NCBI GenBank assembly: GCA_023410595.1
Contig: JAEYPO010000016.1
Location: 17,121 to 81,120 of the forward strand
Length of the DNA stretch: 64,000 nt
Direction of reading: 5' to 3'
Source: Bacillota bacterium
GTDB taxonomy: Bacteria > Bacillota > Clostridia > Christensenellales > SZUA-584
Shown here in pieces: positions 60,446 to 64,000 of the stretch (within the stretch, counting starts at the first letter, position 1; the number at the start of each line of letters is the position of its first letter). The notes under the pieces are model-generated. The model was given only the letters and a program-made list of their open reading frames with translations, made no database searches and was not told where the DNA came from. The translations under genes and the position numbers were made by a program.

Positions 60446-60895
60446 CTAGACTGTTCCCGGATCTTGCGGAGCGGCGAGCTCTGCGGGGCTCGGTTTTTTG
60501 GTAACCGCCATTATGCCGCCTACAAGGAATAGCACGAACGGTATTAACGCGAATATTGAGAGTAGCGACAGCGCTCCCGCGATGATGAGCAGTATACCGC
60601 CGCTTTTGTCGTCCCTTTTAAGCCTTGCCGTGCCGAGGAAGCCAAGAATGAGCGAAGCCACGGCCAATACAAGCCATATGGCCGCGATGACTATAAACGC
60701 GGGCAGCGCGAGCTGTATGGCGACGTCGTACGTCCAGCCCCAGGGAGCCGCGTATGTATCGATAACGTGCTGAATAAACGGCGAGAGCACGTTGAAGTAA
60801 AGCGCGACTATAAGCGAACCGGCCAGTATGAAGAACGCGCATATTGAGCTTAAAACTGACGCAACGAGTCCAAGCGTGGATTCTGATTTATACAT
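60446..60895 (-). CDS. small polytopic membrane protein (DUF4064-like), paralog 2
   Basis: 149 aa beginning MYKSESTLGLVASVLSS, with the blocks GGILLIIAGALSLLS and LFLVGGIMAVTKK. Confidence 0.6.
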   Translation of the reverse strand: MYKSESTLGLVASVLSSICAFFILAGSLIVALYFNVLSPFIQHVIDTYAAPWGWTYDVAIQLALPAFIVIAAIWLVLAVASLILGFLGTARLKRDDKSGGILLIIAGALSLLSIFALIPFVLFLVGGIMAVTKKPSPAELAAPQDPGTV

Positions 60896-61015
60896 GATAT
60901 CACCTCTAAAAAATATATATGATTGCTTTATATAAAGATAGTATAACAGGGTAAAATATGCAAGATATGTTTTATTAAGAAAGCCTTAATTAGAGGTTAA
61001 GAACATGTTTGCGCG

Positions 61016-62122
61016 TCACTGCGGAGTCTCGTTGTAATAAACTTGGAGAAGCAGCTTTAAGCTTTCTTCCTCGTCCGGAAAAAAGAAATAGTCGCCGTTT
61101 TTTAACCGCCCTTCGCCGGGTATCGTGTATTTTTTTATGCCGCCCAGGTCAACTTTTTTGAGTATCTTCGCGAGGTCCACCATCTGCGTCGTTGTAAGGT
61201 TAGTGGTTACGTACTTTTGCAGATCGTCCCATAAACTGAGTATAATATCGGCGGCGCCCATGCTTTTAATCTTCTTCGCGAGCAAAACAAGGAAATCCTG
61301 TTCCTTTTTAGCTCTGCCCATGTCTCCGCCCGGCGTGTTGTAACGGTCGCGCAGGTAGTTTTCGGCAGAGGCGCCTTTAAGCAGCACCGTTTCGCCCTTG
61401 CTGCCCACTTCGGGTATGGTGTATTCCAGAGTTACCTCTACGCCGCCTACCGATTCCGCCACGGGCGCTATACCGTCTATGTCTATGCCCGCGTATAGGT
61501 ACACCGGTATGTCGAGCGAGAAGTCGAGCGGTTTACTAAGCTTGCATTTGCGCTGAAGAAACAGCGCGACGCAAGCCATCTCGTTGTCGTATCCGTAGCC
61601 TTTCGGGCCGCCGCCAAACGCGAAAGCGGCGTTTACTCTGTTCTGGCGCGTCTTTGTAACCGCGCCTGTCTTCTGGTCTATGTGATAAACCGTAGTATAC
61701 GTATCGCGCGGCAGAGAGATAAGTGTCGCGGTATTTTTTTTCGTGTCTACCGCGCAGATGAGCACGACGTCGCTGCGGTAGCCAAGATTTAATTCTTTGC
61801 GCGCCTGTGTATAGTCGACGCCGAGAAACAATATATTGACGATGTCGGGATTTTTCTCGTACGTCTTGCCTTCATAAGTTATCTTATGTAAAGGGGCTGC
61901 GGGCGGGCCGCTTGCTCCCGCCATATTCGACGAGACGGGAGCATAGGATCTGTCGGGACGGGGAAAAAGCGATTCCGCTTTATCGTCTGTTAAGCTGTTG
62001 TATATTACATAGATGGATATGCCCGCAGCCGCTATCAGCAGAAACATCACGCCGAGCAGCACTCTCAGCTTTCTTCTGTTACGGTTTCGCCCGTTTGGCG
62101 TTTTACTTTGAGCGTCGTTCAA
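61016..62122 (-). CDS. LytR-CpsA-Psr (LCP) family cell-envelope glycopolymer transferase
   Basis: 368 aa with an N-terminal TM anchor and the LCP core NILFLGVDY...RSDVVLICAVDTKKNTATLISLPRDTY. TTG start. Confidence 0.85.
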   Translation of the reverse strand: MNDAQSKTPNGRNRNRRKLRVLLGVMFLLIAAAGISIYVIYNSLTDDKAESLFPRPDRSYAPVSSNMAGASGPPAAPLHKITYEGKTYEKNPDIVNILFLGVDYTQARKELNLGYRSDVVLICAVDTKKNTATLISLPRDTYTTVYHIDQKTGAVTKTRQNRVNAAFAFGGGPKGYGYDNEMACVALFLQRKCKLSKPLDFSLDIPVYLYAGIDIDGIAPVAESVGGVEVTLEYTIPEVGSKGETVLLKGASAENYLRDRYNTPGGDMGRAKKEQDFLVLLAKKIKSMGAADIILSLWDDLQKYVTTNLTTTQMVDLAKILKKVDLGGIKKYTIPGEGRLKNGDYFFFPDEEESLKLLLQVYYNETPQ

Positions 62123-62246
62123 TTTAATGTTCCTCTTTTAACAATTAAAAACACCTGTCACGCCAAATAAACGGCTTAACAGGTGTCAACAGCTTAGAAC
62201 AGCGAAGTAATCAATGCATCGCATTAAGCCCTAAACGATATTATAA

Positions 62247-63287
62247 TCAATAATTTTCGTAATAATCGCCGCGGCGGTAATCATATACCGTGCCGTTGGC
62301 GTACAGATCCATATTATCGAGAGCGAGGCCTGTGCCTATGGCTACGCAGGATATGGCGTCTTCCGCTGCATAGCAGGGTATGCCCGTCTTTTCGCTGAGC
62401 ATGCGGTCGAGGCCGTAAAGCAGCGAGCCTCCGCCCGTCATGCATATACCGTTTTCAGCGATGTCCGACGAGAGCTCGGGCGGGCAGCGCTCGAGTACGC
62501 CGTGCAGCAGCTCCATTATGGCGTTAAGAGGCTCTTCAAACGCCTCAATTGTTTCGTTGGAGCTTAATGTCACCATCTTTGGAAGCCCGGATATGAGGTT
62601 GCGCCCGGCTACTTCCATATATATCTGCTCTTTGCGCGGGAACGCGGAGCCTATGTTTATCTTGATTTCCTCGGCAGTTCTCTCGCCTATGAGCATGTTG
62701 TGCTTCTTTTTCATATAGCGCACGAGCGCTTCGTCGAACTTGTCGCCCGCTATTTTGGCGGAGTCGCTTATGACTATGCCCCCGAGAGAGATTATGGCAA
62801 CGTCCGTAGTGCCGCCGCCGATGTCTATTACCATGTTGCCATACGGTGCTGAGATATCTATGCCCGCGCCGATTGCCGCCGCCATGGGTTCTTCTATAAG
62901 CGCGGTATGGCGCGCGCCCGCTTCTTCGGTAGCCTCTATTACAGAGCGGCGCTCGACTTCAGTTACGCCCGAGGGCACGCATACTATGACGCGGGGCTTG
63001 AAGAACAGCCGCCTTCCTATGACTTTACGCAGAAAATACCGCAGCATGCGCTCGGTGTCGTGAAAATTGGATATGACGCCGTTGCGCAGGGGGCGTACCG
63101 CTACGATGTTGCCCGGCGTCCTGCCAAGCATTATGCGCGCTTCCTCGCCTATCGCAAGCAGGTCGCCTGTGTTCCTGTTTACTGCGACGACTGACGGTTC
63201 GCGCAGCACTATACCCTTTCCTTTGACATAGACAAGCACGCTTGCTGTGCCAAGGTCTATTCCTATATCGTTAAACTCAAAAGCCAT
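62247..63287 (-). CDS. mreB: rod-shape-determining actin homolog MreB/Mbl
   Basis: 346 aa with the motifs IGIDLGTASVLVY, VIDIGGGTTDVAIISLGG and GICMTGGGSLL. Confidence 0.9.
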   Translation of the reverse strand: MAFEFNDIGIDLGTASVLVYVKGKGIVLREPSVVAVNRNTGDLLAIGEEARIMLGRTPGNIVAVRPLRNGVISNFHDTERMLRYFLRKVIGRRLFFKPRVIVCVPSGVTEVERRSVIEATEEAGARHTALIEEPMAAAIGAGIDISAPYGNMVIDIGGGTTDVAIISLGGIVISDSAKIAGDKFDEALVRYMKKKHNMLIGERTAEEIKINIGSAFPRKEQIYMEVAGRNLISGLPKMVTLSSNETIEAFEEPLNAIMELLHGVLERCPPELSSDIAENGICMTGGGSLLYGLDRMLSEKTGIPCYAAEDAISCVAIGTGLALDNMDLYANGTVYDYRRGDYYENY

Positions 63288-63424
63288 TTATATGCTCCCC
63301 TACATTTATTTCCACCACAAAGCAAATATACAGACTATCATATACTATAATATAAACGTAATCAATTTTCAACCTGATTTATGCGCAGAATTTTCATTGC
63401 TGTTACGCGAAAATGCTGCTATAT

Positions 63425-64000
63425 TCAGGCATTTCCCGGGAAAACTTCACTAAGCAGGTCTTCGAGCTCACAAAGCGTGGAAAGCCGCACCGCCGCCTCG
63501 CGCACTTTGGCAGCGTTTTTTACACCTTTTAAATACCAGGCGGCGTGCTTGCGTATCTGCAGCATCGCCAATTTTTCGCCTTTTAAGGACACTGCAAGCC
63601 GCGCGTGATAGAGCAGCGTGGCTGCCCGCTCGCGCGGCGCAGCCTGCGCTATCGTTTTTCCTTCAGTTAACAGCGCGCTGATCTCGCGGAATATGAACGG
63701 ATTGCCCAGTGCCCCGCGCGCTACCATAATAGCATCGCAGCCCGTTCTTTCAAACATGTTTTTTGCGTCCTGAGCAGTAAAAATATCACCGTTTCCTATT
63801 ACGGGCACGCTTACGGCGTTTTTGACGTCCGCTATTACGCTTAAATCCGCCCTGCCGCTGTAGAACTGCGCCCGCGTGCGGCCGTGCACTGCGACGGCGC
63901 TCGCGCCTGAACCTTCAGCCATTTTCGCGAACTCAACCGCATTGGGGCTATTTTCATCCCAGCCCTTGCGGAACTTTACGGTGACGGGCAGCCTTGATGC
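63425..64000 (-). CDS. dusB: tRNA-dihydrouridine synthase, C-terminal part (5' end beyond the window end)
   Basis: The reading frame stays open from the ORF-track Met at 63922 up to base 64000 (...LPVTVKFRKGWDENSPNAVEFAKMAEGSGASAVAVHGRTRAQFYSG...PVIGNGDI...IMVARGALGNPFIF). Confidence 0.85.
   Translation of the reverse strand, partial: ASRLPVTVKFRKGWDENSPNAVEFAKMAEGSGASAVAVHGRTRAQFYSGRADLSVIADVKNAVSVPVIGNGDIFTAQDAKNMFERTGCDAIMVARGALGNPFIFREISALLTEGKTIAQAAPRERAATLLYHARLAVSLKGEKLAMLQIRKHAAWYLKGVKNAAKVREAAVRLSTLCELEDLLSEVFPGNA

Overview
This window is the replication-origin region of a fairly GC-rich Firmicutes/Clostridia-type chromosome. I found about 55 protein-coding genes and one ncRNA (a long Bacillus-type SRP RNA). 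I found no tRNA, rRNA, CRISPR array, transposase or integrase. The core content is housekeeping. On the minus strand: ftsH(partial)-hpt-tilS, mnmG-mnmE, prs, a class B PBP, a ywlE-like phosphatase with tsaC/sua5, purA, ccdA with a TlpA-like gene, parA-parB, and dapF-cca. On the plus strand: ychF, pgsA, pdp, dnaA-dnaN, a remB-like gene with gyrB-gyrA, and nadE. The right end carries an LCP gene, mreB and dusB(partial). The origin can be read directly from the sequence. There are three DnaA-box clusters (40396-40425, 41984-42287, 43762-43967). A Bacillus-like DnaA-trio array abuts a box just upstream of dnaN. Two perfect parS palindromes lie 3' of parB. The most notable findings are as follows. 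(1) The origin is split and rearranged: a cell-wall hydrolase gene lies between two box clusters, and about 6.8 kb separates dnaN from remB/gyrB, with recF and yaaA absent from that interval. (2) A BlaI/BlaR1-like (M56) pair has an uncharacterised ectodomain, and this ectodomain has a free lipoprotein paralog encoded in a sharply AT-rich islet next to dnaN. (3) A family of structured intergenic repeats sits at synteny breakpoints. (4) A three-gene cluster (COG1900, NIL-ferredoxin, UPF0280) matches the methanogen-type homocysteine pathway. (5) An orphan ANTAR regulator has all three receiver acidic-pocket residues replaced by Asn. (6) A lipoprotein gene is frameshifted. All calls come from reading the sequence and from remembered family signatures. 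No database search or computation was run.
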